Below are positions 49,347-61,930 of a stretch of 64,000 nt of DNA, piece by piece. The notes under the pieces are model-generated. The model saw only the letters and a list, made by a program, of their open reading frames with translations. It was not told the DNA's origin and made no database searches. Origin of the DNA: Chiloscyllium plagiosum (Eukaryota); the NCBI RefSeq assembly GCF_004010195.1, contig NC_057718.1:63781905-63845904 (forward strand), given 5' to 3'. Each line of letters starts with the position of its first letter. The stretch's first letter is position 1. A program made the position numbers and the translations under genes.

Positions 49347-49975
49347 TGTGGGATATAGGTGAATTGATGTTATTTCTGCAGTTATAAGTTCTGATACAGA
49401 GTAAATGAATTCACATTAGTTTGGGATTGTTTCGGCCGAGAGCTGACTTAGCAAGAATGAGGGCAAAACAATGGTAGAACTACAGGCACTAGATAAAATG
49501 CTGTGAAAGAGAGGCCTGTATAAACAGTAGGTTTCCCACTTGTATGGGGACACAGGAACAAACCCTAATTAAAGAGGTCATAAAGGTCAGAGTGGCCTCC
49601 GGAGAGGAATAAATGCTGATAAAGAAAGGATATGCCTAGCGGTCATCTGCAGTGGAATGACGTCAAACAACCTTATGGGGGCCAGAGATAGGCATTTGTC
49701 ACGGACAAGGCCAGATAAACAGAAGTTGTGGGATCAGTCTTAAGGAAATGAGTGACGTAAGCGGAGGAGGGGGCAAACAATGAAATAAGAAAAAATATGG
49801 GAATTCAAACTGTATAAATTTCGAGAGTTTGTTGGATTTGATGTGTATTTGTCATTGCCTTACCTGGCATTAGACATTGCACCCACTTGCAAGTGTACAA
49901 ATAAGCGGCACTACTGTTTCAGATTTTTGGTCTCGGACTGAAATTATTGAAGTGAGTGAGCTTTTGTTTCTCACA
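49347..49975 (+). mobile_element. Solo LTR (629 bp)
   Basis: TGTGGG...CTCACA termini; perfect TSD TATGG at 49342-49346 and 49976-49980; TATA-like TGTATAAA at 49811; CRE TGACGTCA at 49658. Confidence 0.85.
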
Positions 49976-52168
49976 TATGGTATTTAAAAGATGAAATATA
50001 TGTGCAATAAATTCTTTGGAATAAGCTAAAAATCATATGTTAAACTATCTAAAACCACAAGTATTTATGATTCTGCTTTTGTGTAAATGAATGGTAATTG
50101 TTCTGTGGAGAAGATTGTTTTCCATTTTCTCCACCAAAGTGCAGTTCTGTGGTTCAAAAGATTTGGTGCTACTGGAATTTCATCCATTTTCTACAAAATC
50201 AATATGATGGAATTACTTTGAACAGAAAGCAAGGAATCAGTATGAAGGAGGGAGATAATCTTGATGCACAGGACAAGGACAGCATGAACCCTCCTCAATA
50301 TGGGAACAATGACACATTTTTTAAGTGATGTGAATAGCAGCTACTTGCAGAAGCCAGCAGCCTGCAGCTTTGACAGTATCGTTGAACTATACATCTGCAC
50401 CAACCTTAAAGTAGCCTGTTCCTTTGGGATTCTGATAGTGTTAAACCTTTGGGACAATATTTCTACTAATTTTAACAACTGAATTGAACACAAATTCATA
50501 AATGTAACGTCTGAATAAAAAGAACACAATTTGTTTTAAAGGTTGTTAAAATGCTGATTTTAAATATTAAAAAATATTTAAAAAAATAAATAATGTTTCT
50601 GTCATCAGCAAACATCTAAAGACGGTTGTCTAGAAAAGTCGATAGAGGTGATTTTGAACTATAGGTTTAACATTGTGGAATTGCGTCATTAAATTTGCGA
50701 TGCCACACAATACATTTGTTAGCACTTCACTCAATTGAACAGAAAATATATGCAATGAAATCCATGCCCACTTCAATCCATTTCAGATGGATTTTCATTT
50801 AGCTGGCCTATTTTTCTATGCACATGGCAGCTCCTTTGTAGGATTAGAAGCTGTTATTGAGGAAAATATTAATAGGTATCCTGGTGGAAAACAAATGTCT
50901 ACTGCCTGTTGTTACAGAATATTTCATTTAATTGTAGTTTTGAGCACCACCTCAAAGTAAAGCATTTTGATGTTTTAAAGTTTTAAATGCCAGCCAAGGT
51001 TGTTTCCTTACAAACATAACCAGCTTCTATTAGGTTTGAATTGGGATGTTTTGCTCCTCCGTTCACTGTGCCACAGCTCCCACCATTGAGCATGGCTGGA
51101 ATAAACATGATTCATGAGCAGCCTGGCTGTAGGTACTGAAGCTCAAGCCCTTGTGATCAAAACTACATATTTCTGCTGATTCCTCTTGGAGTGTAAAAAC
51201 AAACCTAACCTAACTTCTCTACTACAAATTACTTTCAACTTCACTCCCTTGCAGCTTCCAAACAGATGTGAATGCTGAAGGGTTCATGGGTACCTTAGTT
51301 TCCAAAATCAACATCATTCTTTTGGTGACCTCCACCTACTCACTCCCTTACCATTGCCTCAAATAATTTATTTTCTTCTTTTTCATGTACATATCTAGTT
51401 CCATGTTAAAGCAACAGTGGATTCTGCTTTCATTGTTGTCCCAGACCTTAATAAGATTCACAAATACTTATTTTAACCTCTTTCTATTTATTCTTTTGGA
51501 GTTAGCATTTATGCTCTTTAGTTGTTTATTCATCTACAAGCAGAAATAATCTTACCTAATTTATCTGATTAAAAGCCAATACAAGGTTTGAATGGCACTT
51601 TCAGATCTCTCTGTATCCTTTGTTCAAAATAGCAGTTGTCCCATTTATTTGGTATTCTCACATGATCAAGGTCTTTCATTCCAGTATCAAATTTGTGAAT
51701 CAGTTCCATAAGATGCTCACAGCATTCATTCACTCACTAAAGTAATACACTCAAAATTGTAGGCGTTATTCAATTGTACTGTAACAACAAGTTGAATTTA
51801 TTTATCAACTGAAGTGTAGTAAAATGTCCTATGGTTCTTAATAGGAACTAGATAAGATCTGATACAGAGCTACATAAAAAGACATTAAGACCATTAGATG
51901 ACCAAAACCTTGACTAAAAGGTTAGATTTCAAAGAGCATCTTAAAAGAGGAACGAGAGATAGAAAGGGAGGGAAATATCAAGTTCAAAGCCAGTACAGCT
52001 GAAGGTATAGGCATTAAAAGTGGAATAAAATAATCCGGGGACATTGAGGCTAGATAGCAAGATGAAAGGACTTGAACATAAGAATGAGCATTTTAAATTT
52101 GAAGATTGTTGAACTGGGAGTCAATGCAGCTCACACAATCTCTCTCACACAGGTACTCAGATATTTTC

Positions 52169-53159
52169 TGTTAGAATCCTCACTGATTTTTCATTATTTT
52201 AATCTTTATTCTTTTATCAATTTTGATTTAGAGCTATGAATTGGGAATTGTGAGCTGAAGGTGACTTGTGGACTTTGAGAAACATCTTGTGGTAAAAGAA
52301 AAATAACAGACCAAACAAGCTTTAGTTTATTTGTGAGGCTAGGCCTGCAGATTATTTACAGACTGATTCTTTACTAAAAGAGTTCCAACAAACACTGGGA
52401 AGAGCATTGTTTTTAAACAGGTAGCGAAAGTTGGCTATTAACAAGGTCAGTATCTGGAACTTGGATCCACCAAGTCTGGAAGAGAGCCTACTTCAAGCAA
52501 AAGGCAGTGTTGAATAGCAATTAAAGCCTTGGGAAGAGACAATTAAGCTGTTAGGACGGAACCACAATTGATTTTTTTAAGCTTTATTTTCTGAGAATAC
52601 TTGACTGTTAATGACACAGCATGAAGATTTCGAAAGGCATTGCTACTTTTCCCCGAGTGAACTGGAAAGTGACCCTGATCAATGCCTGAAATATCGCTAC
52701 CTTTCCCCGAGTGAACTGGAAAGTGACCCTGATCAATATTTCCAGAAAAACATTCAAGGAGTCCACATCTATTCCTGTGAAACAACGCATGAAAAACATT
52801 TAATCATCTGGCTGGTTTTGTTATTTTCTTTGATTTGTTGTTTGATTTTTGTGTGACTAGCATTTGAAAACACATGTTTTGGGTGTAAAGCGTAGACATT
52901 AATTAGATTACCTTATTGTTTAATTTTTTTGCTCTGTTAAAATTATTGTATATTTAATAAATTGTTAAGGCTTTTGTTTAAGATACAAAACCGGTGTTTG
53001 GAATTAGTTATTTACAAAAACTAGGATTGATCATTCAACACTCTGGTTAGGAACCCTTGGAGTAACTTGAGAGTCTTTGAATGTTTTATCTTTTCTGTGC
53101 TGCAAACACAGAGATAGAATGGCTGATTTGGTTAAGCCGTCTGTCTCTGGGTCATAGCA
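52169..53159 (+). mobile_element. Probable older solo LTR (~1 kb)
   Basis: TGTTAG...GGTCATAGCA termini; flanks TTTTC/CTTTC; AATAAA at ~52955; internal duplication with 54-bp period. Confidence 0.45.
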
Positions 53160-53319
53160 CTTTCTCAAAATGTTTTCATTCACAGATTCATCAAAATGAT
53201 CATAAATCTCTGTCACACATTCACAACCTATCTTGTAACAAGAGAGGCGAGCAGGACCTTGGCTTCACCTACTGCAAGGCACTGGGTCATCACCAGTTGT
53301 GGTAGTCTCCTTAGGGGAA

Positions 53320-54200
53320 TGGAGGGCAGGGCAATTGATTGGTCTTGTTGGCTCCTTTCTAGAACAGCGATGAAGTTTCAAGAGGCAGAGGCAGATCCTG
53401 AAGTCCTGGCTGTGAGCCAAAAAAGAGTTGGAGCCAGATGTCTTGGGTAGCGAGACAAAGGACTGGATGGCTGAAAATCAAGATGAATTCTAATATCGTG
53501 GGTTGTAAAGAAACACCCAGCAATGCAGGAAGAAGATCAGTGATCTTCAGAACTCTGCAAGGGTAAGAGCTACCATCTTATTTCTGCTACCTCGAACTCA
53601 CAGGACCACCACTCACTAACTCTCCCACTGCACCTGCTTCTCAAAAAGACTCATCTCCTCCTATTCTCCCAATGCATCGATCTTCTCCACTCAAAGCCAC
53701 TGACCCACCTAACTCTCCCAAGGTACTGCCCCTTCCTGACCTCACTCATTAGGGACAGTTTATTCCTCTCCCCTCTCTTCCTCCTGCATCATCACTAACT
53801 GTTCTTCTATACAATCCCTCCTTTTGTTTCATTGGTGGAAAATTGTCCCACAGCCAGGTCAAGAAAACCAAGTGCTGGAATTATAGCACATACTCAGTTC
53901 CTCACTCTGTACAAGGAGAAAATATGAGAATTGACAACAGAGGAGCATGATCTCTCATATGGGGATAGGAAAATCCCAGTGGCCAACCAATCCAACAAGC
54001 CTCATGTGGTATTCTGCACCGCTCTCTTATTCTCACCAGTACTAACTCATTCATAATCTATTTTTTTTTTATCACTCTTAAACAATTCATTACTTCTCTT
54101 ATGCAGTAACTAGAGATACACACCAGGAAGAGGCTAATTCTGAAGATCCCTGGCTCCACCATTTCTGAGGAGGAAGCTACTCATCCCTCAGAAAATACAC
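53320..54200 (+). mobile_element. Decayed PIF/Harbinger-associated Myb/SANT-like gene remnant
   Basis: RNTQQCRKKISDLQNSAR then donor GTAAGA (~53563); downstream KLSH...FLTLYKEK piece. Confidence 0.5.
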
Positions 54201-54205
54201 CAGCA

Positions 54206-54805
54206 AGGCTTTCACCTGCACCCACCACCAGCTCAGAGGCTTTCACTTACATCCTCTACCCGGTCAGAGGCTTTCACCTGCACCGTCCACCAGCTCAGAG
54301 GCTTTCACCTACATCCTCTACCCGGTCAGAGGCTTTCACCTGCACCATCCACCCGGTCAGAGGCTTTCACCTGCACCATCCACCCGGTCAGAGGCTTTCA
54401 CCTGCACCGTCCACCAGCTCGGAGGCTTTCACCTGCACCCACCTCCAGCTCAGAGGCTTTCACTTACATCCTCTACCCAGTCAGAGGCTTTCACCTGCAC
54501 CCTCCACCAGCTCGGAGGCTTTCACCTGCACCCTCCACCCAGTCGGAGGCTTTCACCTGCACCCTCCACCTGCTCGGAGGCTTTCACCTGCACCTCCACC
54601 TGCTCGGAGGCTTTCACCTGCACCCTCCACCTGCTCGGAGGCTTTCACCTGCACCCTCCACCCAGTCGGAGGCTTTCACCCGCACACTCCACCCGGTCGG
54701 AGGCTTTCACCTGCACCCTCCACCCAGTCGGAGGCTTTCACCCGCACCCTCCACCCGGTCGGAGACTTTCACCTGGATCCTCCACCTGCTCGGAGGCTTT
54801 CACCT
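54206..54805 (+). repeat. Minisatellite, ~31-bp unit, ~19 copies
   Basis: Unit C(G/A)GAGGCTTTCACCTGCACCCTCCACC(TGCT/CAGT/AGCT/CGGT); successive CGGAGG at 54605, 54636, 54667. Confidence 0.95.
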
Positions 54806-54899
54806 TTGTGGATACGCTATCTAGGTTAGACTTGGGGACACAATCTGATGAACACATCTCTGACATGGGTCTCCACAATTGGTCAAGGAAGAAATTCAG

Positions 54900-55063
54900 T
54901 CGCGAGTGTGTTGTTGGCAAAGCACAGCAGGTCAGGCTGCATCCAAGGAGCTTATGCCTGAAACATCGATTCTCCTGCTCCTCGGATGCTGCCAGACCTG
55001 CTGTGCTTTCCCAGCAACACTCTCTCGACACTGCTCTCCAGCATCTGCAGCCCTCACTTTCTC
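54900..55063. mobile_element. Head-to-head Penelope pLTR mini-element
   Basis: TSD AAATTCAG at 54892-54899 and 55064-55071; inverted arms. Confidence 0.8.
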
Positions 55064-55169
55064 AAATTCAGACATTTATAGGACTGTCAGACTCTAGGCA
55101 GCTGGTCATCTCCGGCAAAAAGATAATCCCATATTCTTTGCCATTAGTAATTCACCAAAATGATATTTC

Positions 55170-55392
55170 TGCATTGGGGTTTATTGACTCAGTTGGCTGG
55201 ATGGCGGTTTGTGAAGCAGTGATGTTAACAGCAATGGTTTAATTCCTGCACTGGCTGGGGTCTCCATGATCGTCCTACCTGCTCAATCACACCCCTCTAC
55301 TGAGACATGATGACCCTCAGGCCACCACCAGATGTCTCTCTCTCTTCCTCTTTCTCTCTATTATGGTCCTCTTGGACTATAGTGACTTTGCC
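55170..55392 (+). mobile_element. Old SINE-like element (third family)
   Basis: A-box-like GACTCAGTTGG, B-box-like GGTTTAATTCC, CT-rich tail. Confidence 0.4.
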
Positions 55393-56529
55393 CTTAGTGT
55401 TTCCCCAATGCATTACAGTCACTGACATCTTGTCATTGTCAGCTAGAGGAATATCACATACAGGGGAGCAATCAGACAGTTCCAAACATGGGCTTTCATT
55501 GACAGCCAGCAAAAAGGAACTCAAAGGAAACGAATATGGACTGCAGTTCACTCCCACAATGTGAATCAAATGTGCCCTTGGCAATTCTTGATGGTCTTCT
55601 GCACCCAGCTCACACTGACAGGAACCTGGGGTCAGTTGGGTCCTGTCTGCCTTGTAGGGGTTGATGCAGCTGAGCTCGATTATCTACAAGCAGAGCTCCC
55701 TCTACATCAATACCTTCACTCTTTTCCTCAAAAAGGTCGTCCTGTTCCCCAGCTCCTCATTGCTGGTTTTAACTGCACAGAGCACAGCATTCCAGGGTGG
55801 TGCAGTACCAGTCTGCCTGCACTACACTGAGAAACCAGACTTTCAGACCTACAACCTGCAACAACTCAGTGAAGACACCACACTGGCACATTATATCGAA
55901 AAGGAAGAATCTGCCATGCTCTTACCCCTTTCCCATCCCAGACCCACATCCCAGACCCTCATTAATCATTCAACTTTCTACTGCATTCAGTGGAACCTGT
56001 TGTCACATTTAACATGACAAATTATGCGGTGAGGATCCCCTCCTCCCAAAGCACACTTCCATAAGTAACCAGGCACTTTTAGATAGCAAACTCCTGCTTT
56101 TAAATGACTGGTGCTAATGTCTACATCACTAAGATGAGAATGTTAATTTAGCTCACAGCAAGGGGATACAATCTATTTTTGACGAATAATTGATGCATAA
56201 CCATGTTCACTCTGCATGCATTGCATTTAGGTGAAGAAATGTTTGGAAATGAAATATTGCTACGGTTTACAAACCCATGCTTCATATATTTGCTACTTGA
56301 GTGTCAGATATGAAGCCCTTGCCCACCCACGCTGGGTACTATCCCAGCCATTTTCCAGTTTCATTTCACATCTAGAAACGGCAAGTGATTGTATGGCATG
56401 CAGTTTGCGATGGGCCCATAATCACTAGGCTCTGCCTGGTAACCAGGTGCAACTCTATGACCCCTTTTATCTTGCCAGCCCATTTCCCTTCATATGGAGA
56501 CATACCACGTTGAACTGCACCTCTAACTG

Positions 56530-57172
56530 GGTAGCACGTTGGCACAGTGGTAAGCATTGCTGCCTCACGGTGCCAGGGATCTGGGCTTGATTCCTGCTTC
56601 CTGTGTGGACTTTGCAAGTTCTCCCTGTGTCATTGTGTCATACAGCATAGAAACAGATCCTTCAATTTAACTCATCCATGCTGACAGAGTTTCACAAACT
56701 AGTCCCAATGCCCTGTGTTTGGCCCTTATCCCTCTAAACCTTCCTATCCATGCACCTCTCCAAATGTCTTTTATAGAGTCATAGGGTCATGCAGTACAGA
56801 AACAGACTCTTCAGTCCAACTTATCCATGCTGACCAAGTTACACCTTTAAAAATAATTGATTGAAAATCATTGTAAGTCATATTAATATATTGCCTTGTT
56901 CGAGCAGTAGGGAGTCTGTTCATAAACACTGTCTGTATGAGTTTTCTACAGGTCTTCCAGATTCCACCCACAGTTCAAAGATGTGCAGATTGGGTGGATT
57001 GGCCACGTTAAATTGTAGTTTCCAGGGATATGCAGCCTAGGTAGGATAGCCATAGTAAATGCAGAATGATGGGGTTAGGGTGGATGGCTGGCTCTGGGTG
57101 GGGTAGTCTTTAGGGGTCAGTGCAGACTTAATGGGCAGAATCGCTTCCAACTGCACCATGGGGATTCTATGA
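56530..57172 (+). mobile_element. Old HE1-type SINE split by minus-strand CR1 3' pieces
   Basis: Head at 56530-56630, tail at ~56960-57172; CR1 tails at 56635-56840. Confidence 0.6.
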
Positions 57173-57624
57173 ACTGTTTTTCCTACCACCTGAACTCTGG
57201 TGTTACATCTTAAAGATGCTCATCCTGGTCCTCTCTGCTTCTCCTGTGGAGGCCATGATGGTAGTCACTGTCAATTATTTCCCGTTCCATCATCTCTCCG
57301 ATGCTGTCCTCCATACTTCTGTGCACCTTGATTTTACCGCCTTCACCAAATGTTCCTGCTTTCTCCTTCCTCCGGCTGGTCTCCTCAATGCTCCTGAATG
57401 TGCCTACAAATTGCACCTCCTTGAAACCCTCTTAACATTCAATGGATCGATACCATACTCTATTCTCTTCAGGCATCTGACTGTGATGAGCTGCCTCTAG
57501 ATATGACTGAACTGACTCCTGACCCACTGTGTTTGCAGTTCCCGACTGATAATACGTGATTCTGATGGCAGTGGTCTTACAGGGCTGACCATTACCCACT
57601 GTCCTGATGGTACTTGGACATAGT

Positions 57625-58528
57625 TGTCATTTATGTAAATGATTTGGATGAGAATATAGAAGGCATGGTTAGTAAATTTGTGGATGAAATCAAAATTGGT
57701 GGCATATAGACAGTGAAGAAAGTTTTCTAAGATTACAAAGGAATCTTTATCAAATGGGTCAATGGGCTGAAAAATAGCAGATGGAGTTCAATCTGGATAA
57801 ATGTGAGATATTGCATTTTGACACAATAAATGGGGGTAGGACTTTATACAATTTACAGTAAGGCCTTGGGTAGTGTTGTAGAGCAGAGGGTCCTAAATGT
57901 TGAGTATATAATTCTTTGACGTTTGTGTCACATATGGACAGAGTGGTTAAAAAGGCCTTAAATACACTTACCTTCCTTGCTCAGTTGAGGTTATGTAGGA
58001 CATTGGTGAGGCCTCTTCTGGAATATTGTGTCCAGTTCTGATCACCTGGTTATAGGAACAATATTATTAAGCTGGAGAGGGAGAGATTTACCAGGATGTT
58101 GCCAAGTTTGAAAGGTTTGAGTTATAAAGAAAGGCTGGATAACTGGGACTTTTTTCACTGGAGCTTAGAAAGTTGAGAGGCAACCTTGTAATAGTTATTA
58201 AAATCATGAGGAATATAAATAGGTGTCTTTTCCCCTAGGATGGGGGAATTTCAAGACTAGGAGGGGCATTTTTAAGGTGAGAGGAGAGAAATTTAAAAAA
58301 GACATGAGGAACAAATTTTTTACAGAGAGGGAAGTTCATATGTGGAATGAATATCCTGAGGAAGTGGTGGCTATGGGTACAATTACAATATTTAAAAGAC
58401 ATTTGGATATGTACAGGAATAGGAAAGTTTTGGAAGAATATGGGCCAGGAACAGGCAAGTAGGGCTAGTTTAATTATTTTCGACTTGGACTGAAGGGCCT
58501 GTTTCTGTGCTGTTGACTCTATCTCTAT
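57625..58528 (+). mobile_element. CR1 LINE, 5'-truncated, with 3' end
   Basis: YVNDLDENI, SKFVDE, RPLLEYCVQF, FFTER..WNEYP. Confidence 0.88.
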
Positions 58529-60494
58529 ATCCCCTCGCAGTGAGTGGCCTGAAATGACAACTGAATGTGGCCAAGACCTGGAACTGTGTATAGATTGTGC
58601 CAATGACTGTGGAACTGGGACCTTCTGTATGACACTGCCCTTCTCTTTCCCCACCTGACTAAATCAAAGACCTCACCCAACCAGTTTCCAGCATGCCTTT
58701 TGTTTAAATAAACATGCAGTGTGTTTTCCAAACAGCCAGCTGACAGGCACATGCTGTAGATTTAAACTGATGTCTCGATGTGCCATGCATCAAGATATCA
58801 GCCCCCTCCCCACTAACAAGCAGCCTGCCTATGTGCCTGTACATGAGAGGTCGTGAATACATCAATACTTCTGGCTCTAGCTAAAGTGCTAACTGAATGG
58901 CACGGCAGGCAGGTAAGGCACAGATACTCTAAGGGTGCAGGTTAGTGCTAAGTGAGCAAGTGCTAAGACAGCAAGCAAGCAGCCTGGCCCAGCGTGAGCT
59001 GGGTGCCTGTCCCTGTGTGCCAACTCCCTATTAGAGCTTTCAACTCCAGTTGCCAGTGCATCCTGTTGTGCATCTTAAGTCGATTGGAGAGGTGCCATGA
59101 TGGTCATGAGGGGTTCACAAATACAAAATGCCAATGTTTGTTCATGAGGGGTGTATCCACCTGGTGCCTGTTGATCATGGCCTGTGATACCATTTGATGC
59201 TGAGCAACACAGAAGCTCCTAGCACACAGCAGTGAGGTGAAGTCCTTATGATGAAGTCTTCCATTCGCCTTAAGTCCTTCCCTGTATGACTGCTAAAGTT
59301 TAGCTCTCCTAACCGGGAGTCTGCCCCTGTTTCTGTCTCTTTCTCCAATCGTCTGTCACCATAGAACTATTCTGAGTGAACCAATTAAACCCTTACAATA
59401 AGCTCTGCCCTATCACAGGGCAGAATTGAATGTTGCCACCAATCAAATCTGGAACTGAGTGTTCTCTGTATCCCTGGTACAGTGAATATGCAGGGAATGG
59501 ATTTAATCAGGAACTCCAAAATTACCTCATCAGCCATAAAGTTTTTTGGAGCATCCTGAGTTTGAAAGTTATGATGTGAATGATTTTCTTTTTTCCTTTT
59601 ACTAAAATAATGGATATGTTTTAAACCTTAGGAGCATGTTGTACTCATGTATATTCAAACAAAATTAAACTGTTAGACTAAAATAAACTGGACTTAACCG
59701 GCTTGCTTCAAACTTAAAAATGACCAGATAATCTATTTGTTTGTGTGAGATCTACAGCTAATTATTTAAACTATCTTCAACTCTACACTTTTTTTAGAGA
59801 ACTTCTCAGCTCTCTGTTTGGCTGTTTGAAATCTTTAATTCACATATGTGCTTTTTGGTTGCTTTGAAAAACACAAATGAATTCTGTAATGGAGAGATCC
59901 TTTTACTTTACTCAGTTCTTCTGTGGAATGAGAGTTGATGGTTTTGACAGATAGCTTCTGAAGAGGATTATGTTTACTTCAAGTGACTGTTCAAATTATG
60001 TTTGTTTATTTTGGACAGAACTACGAGCTAGTGGCTTTTCAAGTGTTTTGTCAAATAATGTTTCTCTGTTTTGAAAGATTTGTGAATTTCTGGAGAGGAT
60101 AATGGTTTTGAATTGCCTATTTGAATGATGTTTTATATTTACCAAAATTATGACTTGCAAACTTTTATACGTATATGGAGATGTATTGGATGAGAGGTTT
60201 GAGTTGCAGGGAGTTGAGAGGGTAGAGAGTGTAAAGGGTGCCAAGGGTGAGATGTGAATGAGTGATGACGGCATTAAAGATTATGGGGTAAAGGTACTCA
60301 AAGTTGGGTGAGGGGCCTGAAGGGAAGGATGAGAAGCATGGAAGGATGGATGAAAGTGGAATTAAAATGATTGCAGGGATGAATAGGTGGTGAAGAATGG
60401 AATGGATTGAGGGAGATAAGTGATTGGGGTAGGAGTTGAGTGTAAGGAATGGGTGATGAGGTTTAAAGGGGAGCTGAGGGAATAGGAGGATGAG

Positions 60495-60720
60495 GAAAAT
60501 CACAGCAGGTCAGGCAGCATCAGAGCAGCAGGAGAGTGGATGTTTTGAGCATAAGCCCTTTGTCAGGAATTTTTTCATCAGGAACTTTCTTGACGAAGAA
60601 CTTATGCTTGAAAAATCGATTCTGCTGCTCCTCGGATGTTGCCTGACTGATTGTGCTTTTCCAACCCTACACTCTTTGACTCTGATCTCTAGCATCTGCC
60701 GTGCTCACTTTCACCAAATC
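60495..60720. mobile_element. Head-to-head Penelope pLTR mini-element (older)
   Basis: TSD GGAGGATGAG at 60485-60494 and 60721-60730; degenerate hammerheads; inserted in a purine-rich tract. Confidence 0.8.
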
Positions 60721-61930
60721 GGAGGATGAGCAGAGTGCAGGGGTATGAAGGATGGTGAAGAGGATTGAGGAAAGTTGAAATGGAATGAAGTGAGTGTGAC
60801 AGGGGAGGATGGGTAATGAGGTTGAGAAGGCTTTTTCTGACTGTTCTGGCATTACTCTGCCTTCATCTCTCTCTCGGGGCGGCCATCTCTGTACAGGACA
60901 CAGAGGATCTTCAGATATGCCCTGGACCTTTTAACATCTTTGCTCATTGTAAAACACCAATTTCCATCAAAGAATCATCATTAAGTGAGCTCTTAAACAA
61001 CGATGTTCCATGAGAAGAACACAATCCCTAACAGTTAATGCATCTCAGAAAGGGCTAGGAGCACATTATTTTCAAAGAAGTGTAATACTGGACTGAAATT
61101 ATTAACTCTGTTTCTCTCCCCACAGAAGCTGCCAGAACTGCTAATTTTGTCCTGCACTTCCTGTGATTCGCAGCCATTGTCAGTTCAAGTTATAGTATGC
61201 AAGTTTAAGGGTGTGCGGATATGTTCGCTATACCAAATTAATCTGATGAGCAATACTAGTTTAGATCTTTTAATAAGCAGAACTTAAGTCATTTACCAGT
61301 CCTGGAGTGAGATTGATAACTTGGTGTTAGAAATCAGAAGAATGCAACATTTAGTTTGATGCCAACCTCCTGAGAGTCAGTCTCCATGAGATAATCTGAC
61401 ATATGGCAATGTAATTAAACATTGGCACAATTTAAATAACACTCTGAGGTACAGTGAGTGTAATGCTAAAGTTAAAATATAATTTTATTCATTGGCTGAG
61501 GAAAGCTGATTAATACAGTAAGTTCTGAGCTTACTTGCTTCATGAAACTTCAACCAAATGAATAAGCATTTATTATTTTCTGCTTTACATTTTTGGAGTG
61601 AGAACTGGAACTGCTTCCTCAACACAGACTCATGTTTACCATCATCACTGGGGCTTTTCTGCTGAACAGAGTCATTTTGGATTTACAAAACGATGTATTA
61701 ACTTAATTTGGTGACTAGTTTCCATGAGTCATTGAAATGAGACATTTAACGTGCATAAACATTGCATACCTCCTTATTGAATACTTCTCAGAACTTCCAT
61801 GAACAAAGATATTAAATCACCTCGCGCATTTACAACGACTTAGGTTAAATATAATTGATTATGTTAATCTTACACTGTAAACGTTTCTTTTAATACTTAG
61901 TACCATACCAATGGCTAAATAGCACACTCA

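Noticed and set aside
54206..54805. CRISPR-like regular repeats of about 30 bp
   Set aside because: Units are contiguous with no unique spacers, there are no cas genes, and the context is eukaryotic; it is a minisatellite.
59799..60103. Two further acceptor-like sites followed by short open frames
   Set aside because: No convincing donors or recognisable motifs; indistinguishable from AT-rich background.
60165..60503. Pro/Ser/Leu-rich 112-aa ORF
   Set aside because: Antisense reading of a GA-rich low-complexity tract.
60816..61013. ORF with a signal-peptide-like start (MRLRRLFLTVLALLCLHLSLGA)
   Set aside because: It starts within a low-complexity purine-rich tract, is short, and has no recognisable domain or supporting splice structure.
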